From: Macrostomum lignano
Taxonomy: Eukaryota
NCBI GenBank assembly: GCA_002269645.1
Contig: NIVC01000957.1
Location: forward strand, 186,001 to 250,000
Direction: 5' to 3'
Length of the DNA stretch: 64,000 nt
Shown here one piece after another: positions 12,901 through 29,183 of the stretch (positions within the stretch are counted from its first letter, which is position 1; each line of letters opens with the position of its first letter). Under the pieces are notes generated by a model. The model made no database searches and was not told where the DNA came from. It worked only from the letters and a program-made list of their open reading frames with translations. Made by a program: the position numbers and the translations under genes.

Positions 12901-13445
12901 CCCAGAGTCGAATCTCAGAAACCGCAAGCTCCAATCCCACAAGCCCAAAGCAGAAGGCCCAATTCAACAAGGGAACAGGCCCGGACAGCAGGCAGAAGTG
13001 CAACTCACTTTCCCAGATCCTCAGGCGGCACCCAGCGCAGCACCCGCTGGTCGGGAATCTGCACGACAGTCGTGTGCACCTTCTGGCCGTTGCGGTACCA
13101 CATGGGCAGGATGCCCAGCTTGATGCCGACCAGGCCGCAGCGCTGGCTCACCCGAGGAGTCCACAGCGGCCTCGCCGCAGGCGGCTCCTTCAACGGGCTG
13201 GCGGCGGCGGCCGCCTCGCTGCTACTCGCAACGGCGTCTCGCACCCGCTGCAGGCGCCACTGCCGCAGCCAGTCGCGATTCTCCGGCGTCAGGTCGGCGT
13301 CCACCCGGCGCGCCTCGAACTGGCGAACCCAGTGCGGCTTCGGCTCGTCCTTCCACGGGTAGTCGATTTTGTGCAGCCGGGTGGCCTTGCTGTATGACCG
13401 GCAGCTGGGGACCAGGCGAAGCCACGTATGGGGCGCCGTTGCCAT
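9942..13445 (-). CDS. MRPL3: Mitochondrial ribosomal protein uL3m, 4 exons: 13445-13009, 11914-11614, 11121-10879, 10103-9942 (380 aa)
   Basis: All junctions GT-AG and phase-compatible. Motifs RCGLVGIKLGILPMW, GDCVDVVARTVNRGFQGVMERH, HGSTKFHRKMGS, GKRMPGVMGN and C-terminal PPPMPTYF..PEDVY match MRPL3. Confidence 0.95.
10380..10812. repeat. Purine-rich (GA/GGA) low-complexity tract in MRPL3 intron 3
   Basis: GAGAG/GGAGA runs. Confidence 0.95.
11195..11580. repeat. 21-bp minisatellite (GATTCAGTCATAATGACCCTA) in MRPL3 intron 2
   Basis: Direct periodicity. Confidence 0.95.
12105..12900. repeat. 23-bp minisatellite (ATCCTCAAATCCCYAAAACTGGR) in MRPL3 intron 1
   Basis: Direct periodicity. Confidence 0.95.
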
Positions 13446-13624
13446 GGCGACAATCAGCTGGCTGCTCAAGGCTGGTGCGGAGGCCACTGAAAGCAGAGGA
13501 CAGCGCTTGAGAACTAAACATGGCAATCAGGAAATTGAATATTGTGATCGGGTAAGGGATTTTAGCGTTTCGGGTCTTTTGAGACTTTGGGACTTGTAGG
13601 ACTTTAGCAAGATTCAAGATAGAA

Positions 13625-14672
13625 TGATGAGATTCAGGATGGGGATCATGAGATTCAGGATGGGGATTCATGAGATGCAGGATGGGGATTCATGAGATGC
13701 AGGATGGGGATCATGAGATTCAGGATGGGGATCATGAGATTCAGGATGGGGATCATGAGATGCAGGATGGGGGTTCATGAGATGCAGGATGGGGATCATG
13801 AGATTCAGGATGGGGATCATGAGATGCAGGATGGGGGTTCATGAGATGCAGGATGGGGATCATGAGATTCAGGATGGGGATCATGAGATGCAGGATGGGG
13901 ATCATGAGATTCAGGATGGGGATCATAGGATTCAGGATGGGGATCATGAGATTCAGGATGGGGGTTCATGAGATGCAGGATGGGGATCATAAGATTCAGG
14001 ATGGGGATCATGAGAAGCAGGATGGGGATCATGAGATTCAGGATGGGGATCATAGGATTCAGGATGGGGATCATGAGATTCAGGATGGGGGTTCATGAGA
14101 TGCAGGATGGGGATCATGAGATTCAGGATGGGGATCATGAGATGCAGGATGGGGATCATGAGATTCAGGATGGGGATCATGAGATGCAGGATGGGGATCA
14201 TAAGATTCAGGATGGGGATCATAAGATTCAGGATGGGGATCATGAGATTCAGGATGTGGATCATAAGATTCAGGATGGGGATTATGAGATTCAGGATGGG
14301 GGTTCATGAGATTCAGGATGGGAATCATGAGATTCAGGATGGGGGTTCATGAGATGCAGGATGGGGATCATGAGATTCAGGATGGGGATCATGAGATGCA
14401 GGATGGGGATCATAAGATTCAGGATGGGGATCATGAGATGCAGGATGGGGATCATAAGATTCAGGATGAGGATCATAAGATTCAGGATGGGGATCATGAG
14501 ATTCAGGATGGGGATCATGAGATTCAGGATGGGGATCATAAGATTCAGGATGGGGATCATGAGATTCAGGATGGGGATCATGAGATTCAGGATGGGGATC
14601 ATAAGATTCAGGATGGGGATCATGAGATTCAGGATGTGGATCATAAGATTCAGGATGGGGATTATGAGATTC
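13625..14672. repeat. 21-bp minisatellite (GATGGGGATCATGAGATTCAG), ~48 copies, between MRPS6 and MRPL3
   Basis: Direct periodicity. Confidence 0.95.
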
Positions 14673-14840
14673 AGCTAGTAATTTATAATGTAGAAAGAAC
14701 TGTGGCTCAGACAAGAAAAAAACAAAAAAGCAGAACTGTACCAGAGAAAAATTAGATTGCAAAATTTCTCAAATATATAAACAGTATAATAAAAGCAAAA
14801 CTCAAGCTATCCTACTCAAAGTAAGCTAAACAGCGCCCAT

Positions 14841-15251
14841 TCAATAATGCCTATAGCCTCGCTTAACAGCATAGGCCTGTTCAAAGTTCGGCTTGTCCTT
14901 CTCGCCGAACTTGCACTGCTCGCCAGTTGAGCAGGGCCGCACCCAGTCGGCCTCGGTTTTGTCGCACACGTGGCCGCGAATCATGAAAGGGTCGAGGCGC
15001 TGCAGCGGCCGCAGGCGGTCCTTCACCCCCGGCGGCGACTCGAAGTGCACCAGGAAGTAGTGCCCGACCAGCGGCTTGTCGCCCACGGGAGCCCGCATGT
15101 TCAGCGGCAGCCGGCGCTCGCCCAAGTTGTCAACGGAGCGAATGACGGCGCCGCAGCGCAGCAGGTGGCCGAGGTTGCTGCGGAGGCCCGCCGCCACGTC
15201 TGCGCGACTGGCGCACTTCAGGATCAGCGTCTGCTCGAAACCCGGCAGCAA
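14841..15251 (-). CDS. MRPS6: Mitochondrial ribosomal protein bS6m, single coding exon; start codon anomalous
   Basis: PGFEQTLILK..GAVIRSVDNLGERRLP..GHYFLVHFESP..DPFMIRGHV parallels human MRPS6 (MPRYELALILK..GAIVRDLENLGERALP..GGYFLVDFYAP..DIDVIRGNI). No in-frame ATG at the expected start. Confidence 0.9.
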   Translation of the reverse strand: MLPGFEQTLILKCASRADVAAGLRSNLGHLLRCGAVIRSVDNLGERRLPLNMRAPVGDKPLVGHYFLVHFESPPGVKDRLRPLQRLDPFMIRGHVCDKTEADWVRPCSTGEQCKFGEKDKPNFEQAYAVKRGYRHY

Positions 15252-15259
15252 TGGCGCGG

Positions 15260-15958
15260 AGTGATTTCACTCTGATGTCTTGCAATTGGAGTGACTTCAC
15301 CCTGATGGCTTGCAACTGGAGTGAATTCACTCTGATGGCTTGCAATTGGAGTGACTTCACTCTGATGGCTGGTAATAGGAGTGACTTCACTCTGATGCCT
15401 TGCAATCGGAGTGAATTCACCCTGATGACTTGCAATTGTAGTGACTTCACTCTAATCGAGTAGCTTTGGAATAGGAGTGACTTCACTATAATCGAGTAGC
15501 TTTGGAATAGGAGTGACTTCACTCTGATGCCTTGCAATCGGAGTGACTTCACCCTGATGGCTTGCAACTGGAGTGAATTCACTCTGATGGCTTGCAATTG
15601 GAGTGACTTCACTCTGATGGCTGGTAATAGGAGTGACTTCACTCTGATGCCTTGCAATCGGAGTGAATTCACCCTGATGACTTGCAATTGTAGTGACTTC
15701 ACTCTAATCGAGTAGCTTTGGAATAGGAGTGACTTCACTATAATCGAGTAGCTTTGGAATAGGAGTGACTTCACTCTGATGCCTTGCAATCGGAGTGACT
15801 TCACCCTGATGGCTTGCAACTGGAGTGAATTCACTCTGATGGCTTGCAATTGGAGTGACTTCACTCTGATGGCTGGTAATAGGAGTGACTTCACTCTGAT
15901 GCCTTGCAATCGGAGTGAATTCACCCTGATGACTTGCAATTGGAGTGACTTCACTCTA
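15260..15958. repeat. 30/36-bp minisatellite (GGAGTGACTTCACTCT core) with a ~252-bp higher-order repeat; left half of the LINE-split array
   Basis: Six 30-mers plus two 36-mers recur ~2.8 times; palindromic core AGTGAATTCACT. Confidence 0.93.
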
Positions 15959-15960
15959 GC

Positions 15961-17083
15961 CGGTCTGATGCGTCAGGTGCCGCCGAAGCTCCTGGTGCGG
16001 CTGGCCCCTCCCGTGACCGGACCTCTGCCCGTGTGGAAGCTCCCACGGCCGTGGAGGGATCCAAAGCGGGGGGCGCTGGCCAAACCACAAAGCCGAAGCG
16101 AACCTACGCGGCTATGGCCAAAAGGCAGCCGGCCCTGGTTATCCAAGGCCAGGAGACGCCTCTTACGGCCGAACAGCTCGACCTTATCTGGCGCAGGTTG
16201 GACTCCCACCTGGTCAAGATGGCCTTGAGCGGCACTACCATTCGAGTCCAAAAGACGAAAGTCGAGGACCAAGCCCTCTATATCCAGCCCACCGACAGCC
16301 AGTCAGGACAGCAGCTCCTCGAGCTGCTGAAAACCTTCGACTGGGGTACGGAGCTGGAGAACCTGTTCATCTACAGGGAGGACGAGCGACCCCGGACACA
16401 CCGGCACCGTGCCTGGATTCCGGCTCGCAGCTGCATCACCAAGGCCGACGAGCTGCGTCACCTGCTAGTGGCTTCCAACCCGGAGCTACCGGCCAACGGT
16501 GTCGTAGTTCACGAGACCATCTCCAAGCCAGGCGGAGACGGTTTCACGGCTATTCTTGGACTGTCGGATAGCTGGATGCTCCGCTACCCGGACATGTCCA
16601 TCATCTCTGTCGGGCTGTTGCAGATTCAGCTCTTTAGCTTTGAGTCTGACGCCACCCGCCCACCGCCCCGGAGAAGCGTAAGCGGGCAGTCGGGGGCTCT
16701 GCCGGGCGGAAACGCCCAGGAAAAGAAGCTCCCGGTCGTCACGACCCCTCCGAGGACGTGGACCCTGTCAGAGGGAAAGCCGCGAAAGCTGCAGCAACAG
16801 GCGGACGTGGAAAGGGCCGGAAACCCGCCCGGAACACTATCCGCTCTGGTCTAACTCAGCGCGCGAAGCAGCTGCTGGACACCGCCAAGGCCCCCAACCG
16901 CAGCCACCCCCAGCCCAGTGTCACCACTGCGGCCCCCCGGAAAACCGGGCCGAGAGCGAGAATGCCGCCCAGGTAGCGACCTCGCCCTCGACCATGGAAT
17001 CCATCCGGGAGGAGCCCATGGAGCTGGAGCCTGGAGCTATCGGCGAGGCAGAAGAGGCAGCTCTCCTGCACAACTCGCCTTGA
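15961..17083 (+). CDS. LINE ORF1 (gag-like), truncated at the 5' end, two apparent -1 frameshifts (~16660, ~16935)
   Basis: The frame continues via basic APEKRKRAVGG.. and ends ..MESIREEPMELEPGAIGEAEEAALLHNSP*. The core LTAEQLDLIWRRL..QALYIQP resembles LOA-type ORF1 (DUF4780-like; recalled, not searched). Confidence 0.65.
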
Positions 17084-17130
17084 GCCGGCAGGAAGCTGCG
17101 CGGACCACTCGTGGAATTCCCGGAGTGGAC

Positions 17131-20826
<3,696 letters not shown>

Positions 20827-20929
20827 CTGCCCGTGGTCGCCAGGGGTTAGCGATATGGGCGGCAACGCCTCCTCGCTGTTTCCGGACGCACGGAGCCCCC
20901 TGCAGCTAAGTCTAAGTCAAGTAAGTCAA

Positions 20930-21195
20930 GACTTCACTCTAATCGAGTAGCTTTGGAATAGGAGTGACTTCACTCTAATCGAGTAGCTTTGGAATAGGAG
21001 TGACTTCACTCTAATCGAGTAGCTTTGGAATAGGAGTGACTTCACTCTAATCGAGTAGCTTTGGAATAGGAGTGACTTCACTCTAATCGAGTAGCTTTGG
21101 AATAGGAGTGACTTCACTCTAATCGAGTAGCTTTGGAATAGGAGTGACTTCACTCTGATCTAGTAGCTTTTGGATGGGAGTGATTTCACTCTGAT
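20930..21195. repeat. 36-bp minisatellite, right half of the LINE-split array
   Basis: Same ACTTCACTCTAATCGAGTAGCTTTGGAATAGGAGTG unit as in 15450-15770. Confidence 0.95.
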
Positions 21196-21834
21196 GTGAA
21201 GACTAACAGTAAAAAAGACAGTTAATAAATCACTCCAATAATAATTATTAACTAACGGGACTTACCCGTCAGCCACTTCCCTACTTGCATCAAGCTAAAA
21301 TAAATTAAAAATAAGAACCTGATTGTAATGTTGACGCGAATAGCCGGGGTTTATTGACAATATTTTCAGAGCCAATCGGGTAAAAGTTACTAACAAATTT
21401 ACAAAAAAATTATTGAACCAGCGCATAAAAAATAAAACAACATGCGCACTTTTCCAGCTAGCATTGAGACCAGATTATAGAGACACAAGAAAAGCAAAAA
21501 GTACTTTAGCCAAAGCGTGCAGGACAATAAAAATCAGCGGGCAGGAATAACAGTTATTAAAAACTTGCTTTGTAGAAATTTTGTGATAAAAATAGTTACA
21601 AAATACGCATGCAAAAACCGGACGCTGGCAGTAGTAAAATAAGTGCTGTGACAGACGCAATTTCAAATTTCAGAATTTGTGCAACAAGAGCGATAAAGAA
21701 ATGCAATTAAAATTGTACAAGTTTGACAAAGAGTTCGACAAACAACTTTGACTGAATAGTGAGTTGAGTACAGATCATTATTGTCAGCTTGATAGAAAAT
21801 AAACAGATTATGGTAAATACACTACATACTTTGG

Positions 21835-22893
21835 CCAATTGGGTCATTGCGTCACCTGATCATGCTATGTACTCTTGTGGATGATTGGGTCATTGAGTCA
21901 CCTGATCATGCTATGTACTCTTGTGGATGATTGGGTCATTGAGTCACCTGATCATGCTATGTACTCTTGTGGATGATTGGGCCATTGAATCACCTGATCA
22001 TGCTATGTACTCTTGTGGATGATTGGGTCATTGAGCCACCTGATCATGCTATGTACTCTTGTGGATGATTGGGTCATTGAGTCACCTGATCATGCTATGT
22101 ACTCTTGTGGATGATTGGGTCATTGAGTCACCTGATCATGCTATGTACTCTTGTGGATGATTGGGTCATTGAGTCACCTGATCATGCTATGTACTCTTGT
22201 GGATGATTGGGTCATTGAGTCACCTGATCATGCTATGTACTCTTGTGGATGATTGGGTCATTGAGTCACCTGATCATGCTATGTACTCTTGTGGATGATT
22301 GGGCCATTGAATCACCTGATCATGCTATGTACTCTTGTGGATGATTGGGTCATTGAGCCACCTGATCATGCTATGTACTCTTGTGGATGATTGGGTCATT
22401 GAGTCACCTGATCATGCTATGTACTCTTGTGGATGATTGGGTCATTGAGTCACCTGATCATGCTATGTACTCTTGTGGATGATTGGGTCATTGAGTCACC
22501 TGATCATGCTATGTACTCTTGTGGATGATTGGGTCATTGAGTCACCTGATCATGCTATGTACTCTTGTGGATGATTGGGTCATTGAGTCACCTGATCATG
22601 CTATGTACTCTTGTGGATGATTGGGTCATTGAGTCACCTGATCATGCTATGTACTCTTATGGATGATTGGGTCACTGAGTCACCTGATCATGCTATGTAC
22701 TCTTGTGGATGATTGGGCCATTGAGTCACCTGATCATGCTATGTACTCTTGTGGATGATTGGGTCACTGAGTCACCTGATCATGCTATGTACTCTTGTGG
22801 ATGATTGGGTCACTGAGTCACCTGATCATGCTATGTACTCTTGTGGATGATTGGGCCATTGAGTCACCTGATCACGCTATGTACTCTTGTGGA
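21835..22893. repeat. 46-bp tandem repeat, ~23 near-identical copies, just 3' of the NF-YC stop codon
   Basis: Unit CCTGATCATGCTATGTACTCTTGTGGATGATTGGGTCATTGAGTCA. Confidence 0.97.
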
Positions 22894-22926
22894 TAATCTC
22901 AACGACCTTAAATGACCCCGCTCAGC

Positions 22927-25018
22927 TCAAAGGCCGGCAAAGCTGATTGGCACGGGGCCAGACAGGCCCAGCTGGGCGATGTCCGGCTTTACATCCAGGG
23001 CCTCCTGCTGGACGTCGGAGGCGGCGGCCGCGGTGGCAAAGTGCAGCACAGGCTGCTGGTGCCCGCCGGCTGGATGGTCCTGGCTGGACACGAAGGCCAA
23101 CTGCATCGGCTGCTGCTGGCCGCCAGGGATTTGAATAACATACTGCACCTGCTGCTGCGGCTGATGCGACGAGGTGACAACGGTGACAGCAGCTGGCTGA
23201 GCCGGAGTCTGGTGCTCCATCAGCTCGGCAGTGAGCGAGGCGTGGCCAGTCGCAGCGGCGGCAGACGCAGCAGAGACAGGCGCAGGTGCAGCAGCGGAAG
23301 CTGCCGCAGGCGCAGAGGCGGATCGAGCCGGTGTGGCGGGCAGCTGCTGCGGTTCCTCGCGCGGCACAATGTCGATGAGAAAGTCGAACTGGTCGGTGTC
23401 CTGGTCGTAGACGCTGGCGGAGATGTCGATGCGTTGCAAAGTTCGCCGGCGCTGCCGCTCCGTGTGCGACCAGGCGCGAAGGGTCAGCTCCTGCGGGATG
23501 CGGGCGGGATGGCAGCGATGGGAGCCGGTGCCAGACTCAGGGAGAGACAGCCACTTGCCGAGAGGCTTGGGGACAGCGTCAGACCTATCATTGGCGCGTC
23601 AGCACTGCATGGCAGTTTCGCTATAAATTGCTCTGTAGATTTCATCATTAATTGCTCAGAGAATGTACTTTAATTCTCCGAGGGGAAAACAGGGTGGGCT
23701 TATCAACTTAGAAATTTCCTATTTAAGAGGAACTGATTAATCCCAATATCCCAGCTACCTGATTTATCCCAATATCCCAGTTGCCTGATTTATCAAATAT
23801 CCCAGCTGCCTGATTCATCCCAATATCCCCTGATTTATTCCAAAATCCCAGTTGCCTGATTCATCCCAATATCCCAGCTGCCTGATTCATCCCAATATCC
23901 CCTGATTTATCCCAATATCCCAGTTGCCTGATTTATCAAATATCCCAGCTGCCTGATTCATCCCAATATCCCCTGATTTATTCCAAAATCCCAGTTGCCT
24001 GATTCATCCCAATATCCCAGCTGCCTGATTCATCCCAATATCCCCTGATTCATCCCAATATCCCAGCTGCCTGATTCATCCCAATATCCCCTGATTTATC
24101 CCAATATCCCAGTTGCCTGATTCATCCCAATATCCCAGCTACCTGATTTATCCCAATATCCCAGTTGCCTGATTTATCAAATATCCCAGCTGCCTGATTC
24201 ATCCCAATATCCCCTGATTTATTCCAAAATCCCAGTTGCCTGATTCATCCCAATATCCCAGCTGCCTGATTCATCCCAATATCCCCTGATTTATCCCAAT
24301 ATCCCAGTTGCCTGATTCATCCCAATATCCCAGTTGCCTGATTCATTTCAATATCCCCTGATTTATCCCAACATCCCAGTTGCCTGATTCATCCCAATAT
24401 CCCAGTTGCCTGATTTATCCCAACATCCCAGTTGCCTGATTCATCCCAATATCCCAGCTGCCTGATTCATCCCAATATCCCCTGATTTATCCCAATATCC
24501 CAGTTGCCTGATTCATTTCAATATCCCCTGATTTATCCCAATATCCCAGTTGCCTGATTCATCCCAATATCCCAGCTGCCTGATTTATCCCAATATCCCA
24601 GCTGCCTGATTTATCCCAATATCCCAGCTGCCTGATTTATCCCAATATCCCAGCTGCCTGATTTATCCCAATATCCCAGCTGCCTGATTCATCCCAATAT
24701 CCCAGCTGCCAGATTCATCCTAATATTCGATGCTCAAGGCATCCAATTGATCCCCATTATCCCCAACTATAGCAGTGCTGCCCCAACCTTGATGAGCAGC
24801 TCGGCAGCTTTGGAGAACAGCAGAGGCGCCTCCGCGGCGATCATCATCCCGCGCACATCATCGTCCAGCTTCATGATCTTCTTGATTCGCGCCAGCGGCA
24901 GCTCAGAGTTCTTAAAGGCGGCCGTGTCGGCTGGCAGGGCGGCGATCTCCCTGGCCTCGTCCTGCATCAGCCTGGCGATGCGGGCGCCCAACAGCGAAAT
25001 GGAATTGACGTTGGCCAT
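22927..25018 (-). CDS. NFYC: Nuclear transcription factor Y subunit gamma; exons 25018-24788 and 23490-22927
   Basis: Histone fold [36 protein letters not shown]|[36 protein letters not shown], followed by a Q/A-rich tail; phase-0 GT-AG intron. Confidence 0.95.
23738..24722. repeat. 26/20-bp minisatellite (ATCCCAATATCCCAGTTGCCTGATTC) filling the NF-YC intron
   Basis: Direct periodicity. Confidence 0.95.
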
Positions 25019-25104
25019 GTGGCTCAAGCTGCTGGAACATGAATGTGGGCACCTAAATTGATAAAGCATCTCAGAATACCAACTCATTCTTAACTATTAC
25101 TCAC

Positions 25105-25967
25105 ATCCCTATCTCCCCTTTGAGTCCCTATCTCTCCTCAGAATCCCAATCTCCACTTAGAGTGCCTATCTCCCCTCAGAATCCCAATTTCCCCTTAGAG
25201 TCCCTATCTCCCCTTAGAGTGCCAATCTCACCCCAGAGTCCCAATTTCCCCTTAGAGTCCCTATCTCCCCTTAGAGTGCCAATCTCACCCCAGAGTCCCA
25301 ATTTCCCCTTAGAGTCCCTATCTCCCCTTAGAGTGCCAATCTCACCCCAGAGTCCCAATCTCTCCTCAGAGTCCTAATCTCCCTTCAGAGTCCCAATCTC
25401 ACCTAAGAATCCCGAACTCCTCTCAGAATCCCGATCTCACCTCAGAATTCCAATCTTCCCTTTGAGTCATAATCCCCCCTCAGAATCCCGATCTCCCCTT
25501 AGAGTCCCAATCTCACTCCAGAGTTCCAATCTCACCTCAGAATCCTAATCTCCCCTCAGAGTCCCAATCTCACCTCAGAATCCTAATCTCCCTTCAGAGT
25601 CCCAATCTCACCTAAGAATCCCGAACTCCTCTCAGAATCCCGATCTCACCTCAGAATTCCAATCTTCCCTTTGAGTCCCAATCCCCCCTCAGAATCCCGA
25701 TCTCCCCTTAGAGTCCCAATCTCACTCCAGAGTTCCAATCTCACCTCAGAATCCTAATCTTCCTTCTGAGTCCAAATCTCCCCTCAGAATCCCGATATCC
25801 TCTCAGAATCCCAATCTCATTTCAGAATCTCGATCCCCTCTCAGAATCCCAATCTCGTTTCAGAATCCCGATCTCCCCTTCAGAATCCCGATCTCCCCTC
25901 AGAATCCCAATCTCACCTCAGATCAGAATCCCAATCTCACCTCAGAGTTTTAATTTCCCCTCAGAGT
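25105..25967. repeat. ~19-bp degenerate minisatellite (CAGAGTCCCAATCTCACCT) between RPS12 and NF-YC
   Basis: Direct periodicity. Confidence 0.9.
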
Positions 25968-26561
25968 CCCAACTGGCGCTATTTACAATCCATGCCTTCT
26001 GGAGTCATATCGGGTGCATCAATAACTCTTTTGGTAAGACAGCCACAGCAACTACGTGAATCCCCTTAGCTAGCCTTAGCAACCACCTGTGAATTCTTAT
26101 AATAATCTCATGATTCATCTGAATCCTTGGTTAATCTAATAGTACTAATAATCTGGAGCTACCACCTGGATACTCGCATTTCATTAAGCCATAGCAACTA
26201 TTCCCAAAACAACAGAACACAAATAGTTTCCAAAAACGGCCATCTCGCAGGACAAGCTCGAACTGGCAGGCCAATGCGCCAGGGTTGCCACCGAATTTCA
26301 CTTTCCACATCTCTGCGCTCTGTCTGCAGCGGATCGGCACGCAAGTTAGTAAAGAGTCGCCTATCTGTTCTCATTTAACATGAGAACAAATATTACAAGC
26401 CATCGCCATGATAACGAAATCATTGATTAATAATTATTAATAGCACGCGCAATATCTGATAAATTTAACGATAACAAATCAATCCCGAATTCGGATATCA
26501 AATAAGCTGCGCTGATGTGCCTTCCAGTTTCGCCCATTGTCCAGCCTCCGTTCGCCTCAGA

Positions 26562-27749
26562 TTAATCTGTCATCTTCTGCAGGAACTCCATCGCCTGACT
26601 GGCATGGCTGGAGCCCAGGTCCTGTTAGAGACGGGTGGGTAATGTTATAATTAAATTGCATTTACAACGTCCCGTGAGCGCCTGATAAAGCATAAATACA
26701 GAGGGATTATAAGTCAGACCTATCATTCAAGCTTCACCGCTGGCGGAACTATGACCGGACAGCTTTGCTGAAAATTGCTCACAATTTATCATCACTTCGG
26801 AATAAAGATTTGAGACGACATGCGAGATCGGGAAGTCGAGACAAGGGATCGGGATTCATTCTTGATGGGGATCCTGAGGTGAGATGAGATTGGGACTCTG
26901 ATGTGAGAATGGGACTCTGAGGTGAGATTGGGACTCTGAGGTGAGATTGGGACTCTGATGTGAGAATAGGACTCTGATGTGAGAATGGGACTCTGAGGTG
27001 AGATTGGGACTCTGATGTGAGAATGGGACTCTGAGGTGAGATTGGGACTCTGAAGTGAGATTGGGACTCTGAGGTGAGATAGGGACTCTGAGGTGAGATT
27101 GAGATTCTGAGGTGAGATTTGGATTCTGAGGGGAGATTGGGATTTTGAGAGGAGATTGGGATTCTGGGGTGAGATTGGGTTTCTGGGGTGAGATTGGGGG
27201 TTCTGACATTCTTGATGGGGATTCTGAGGTGATATTGCAATTCTGGGGTGAGATTGGGTTTCTGATGTGAGATTGGGATTCTGGCATTCTTGATGGGGAT
27301 TGAAGTAAAGTGAGACTGGGATAGTTAGATAGAAATCTAAGAGATTCCGGCTTGGGAATCTAATAGCTGAGATGCAGAATCGCAGAGTTACATTCCAGCC
27401 TCACCTTGACAACCACGCAGGAGCACTTGACAACTTTGCGCGGCTTGCCCTCTTTGTCAATCTTGCACAGGCCGGCCCACTCGCCCAGCTGCTTGGCCTG
27501 GTCCACCCGCACCAGCCGGACGCCGTGCTCGGAGCAGAGCGCCTCCACCAGCTTGCTGTAAGCGGCCTCGTCGCAGTCGTTGGCCAGAATGCACAGCAGG
27601 GCGTTGCGCTTCTCCAACGCTTTGGTGGCCTCGTGGAGGCCGCGCGACAAACCGTCGTGCGCCATGGAAGTTTTGAGCACCTCCTGAACGGCTGTCTCCA
27701 AGGTGAGCTCGCCGCCAGCAGCGGCATCAACATCGCCAGCGTCGCTCAT
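26562..27749 (-). CDS. RPS12: 40S ribosomal protein eS12; exons 27749-27405 and 26621-26562 (134 aa)
   Basis: [63 protein letters not shown]|[19 protein letters not shown]; donor AAG|gtgagg, acceptor ctaacag|GAC. Confidence 0.96.
26880..27300. repeat. ~19-bp minisatellite (GAGATTGGGACTCTGAGGT) in the RPS12 intron; reverse complement of the 25105-25967 unit
   Basis: Unit comparison by eye. Confidence 0.9.
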
Positions 27750-28212
27750 TATTATTGGACTTTGAGTGGATTGATGAGCAGGCCTGCGCCTCCCGGCTGC
27801 AATTATGCGTTTATTAATCAATCTAGTGTAGGGGTAGGGGTGTCCGCGCAATTTTTATTTTCAATCTCCTCTTTTAATTTGTTAGCCAGGAGTTGTGTAC
27901 TGTCTCGGGAAACTTTTTACTCGTAATCGAATGGTGCAAGTTTCATAAAGATCGGTTGAGCAGTTTTTTTTCTAAAATAAATCACACAAATAGAAACAAA
28001 TAGTAAACAACTCATTTTTAGTATATAGGAAGGAAATAAAACTAGCAATCTGCACCCCCATTGTGGGGCAACAAAGAATAAAATATATATTTTTTAATAA
28101 ACTATTAATAGCTTTTAACCTTGTACAGTTAATACTGCTAGTTTCTTATGAAAACATGATGAAGCAAACAAGCATCAGCCCTGAAGACCAGCTATCTAGC
28201 CTAAGATATCAG

Positions 28213-29183
28213 CAGTGATGGGCACCACTAAATTTGTTGTTAGCGCCACTAATTAGCGCTGTTGCTAACTGGTAGAAGAAAAAAATTAGCGATTGCTAAT
28301 AGTGGGCGCTATTTCTACTTTGAATTTAGCGCAATCAGCGCCACTAATAGTGAAATGCGCTAATTAATAAATACATTTAATATAAACTGCTGTTTCACAC
28401 ATATTTATGCGTTTTTGCACATTTTTAACTCACATGTTTGAAATGAAAAAGCTAATAAAGCTATTGCTAATAATTTGTTTTTATTGTCAATCCTGATAAA
28501 AAATCCTCAAACCACTGAACTATCAGAGCAACAGTTGGTAGAAAGAGTTCCTGAATTACAATGCTGTTTGCCTTGAAAACATCAAGGGCCCATGCTACTG
28601 GAGCCATGACCTTATACTCTAAGAAGGAAAGCGAGATCATCAGCTTGTAACAGTGGTACAGGATTTATTAACCCTATCATCACCCTAATGATAAAGCCTG
28701 TCATTTTGCATCATTTCTTAGAATATCAAATGAGTTGAATGTTTAATTCTTTGATTAAATTATTAAATTAAATTAAATTAATCAACAACTTTTTGCTAAC
28801 AAATTAAAAGTAAGAAAACTTTTAAAACTAAATGACAAAAACAATATTGATTGTTGATAACAAAAGCAAAAAAAGAAATTCAAATTTTGTTTCACATTTC
28901 TAAGAAAATTAGAAACATTATAAGAGATTTAGTATAGGTTGATTATATAATCTCTAACTTATTACTCAAATAGGGTCTTATTTTAAGTATTAAACAGTCA
29001 TTACCTGTCTAGTTTTAGAGCAAAAAATGAATTTAGTGCAATTAGCAATTTTCAGAAAATATTAGCTGCACTTTGATAGCATGCGCTAATTGGAATTTCA
29101 GTTTAGTGAAATTAGTGGTGCTAACAAAACACTAGCAGTGCTTTAGCAGAATTCAAATTTAGTGGCACTAGTGCCCATCACTG
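28213..29183. mobile_element. Non-autonomous hAT-type DNA transposon (971 bp)
   Basis: Perfect 13-bp TIR CAGTGATGGGCAC...GTGCCCATCACTG; perfect 8-bp TSD GATATCAG (28205-28212, 29184-29191); subterminal AGCGC(C)ACTAAT motifs. Confidence 0.92.

Noticed and set aside
9201-15954. Long repeat-derived ORFs (MGISDPN, MTESRVI, MRFRMGI, KSLQLQ.. etc.)
   Set aside because: They arise from stop-free units with lengths divisible by 3, occur in several frames and strands at once, and lie in introns or spacers.
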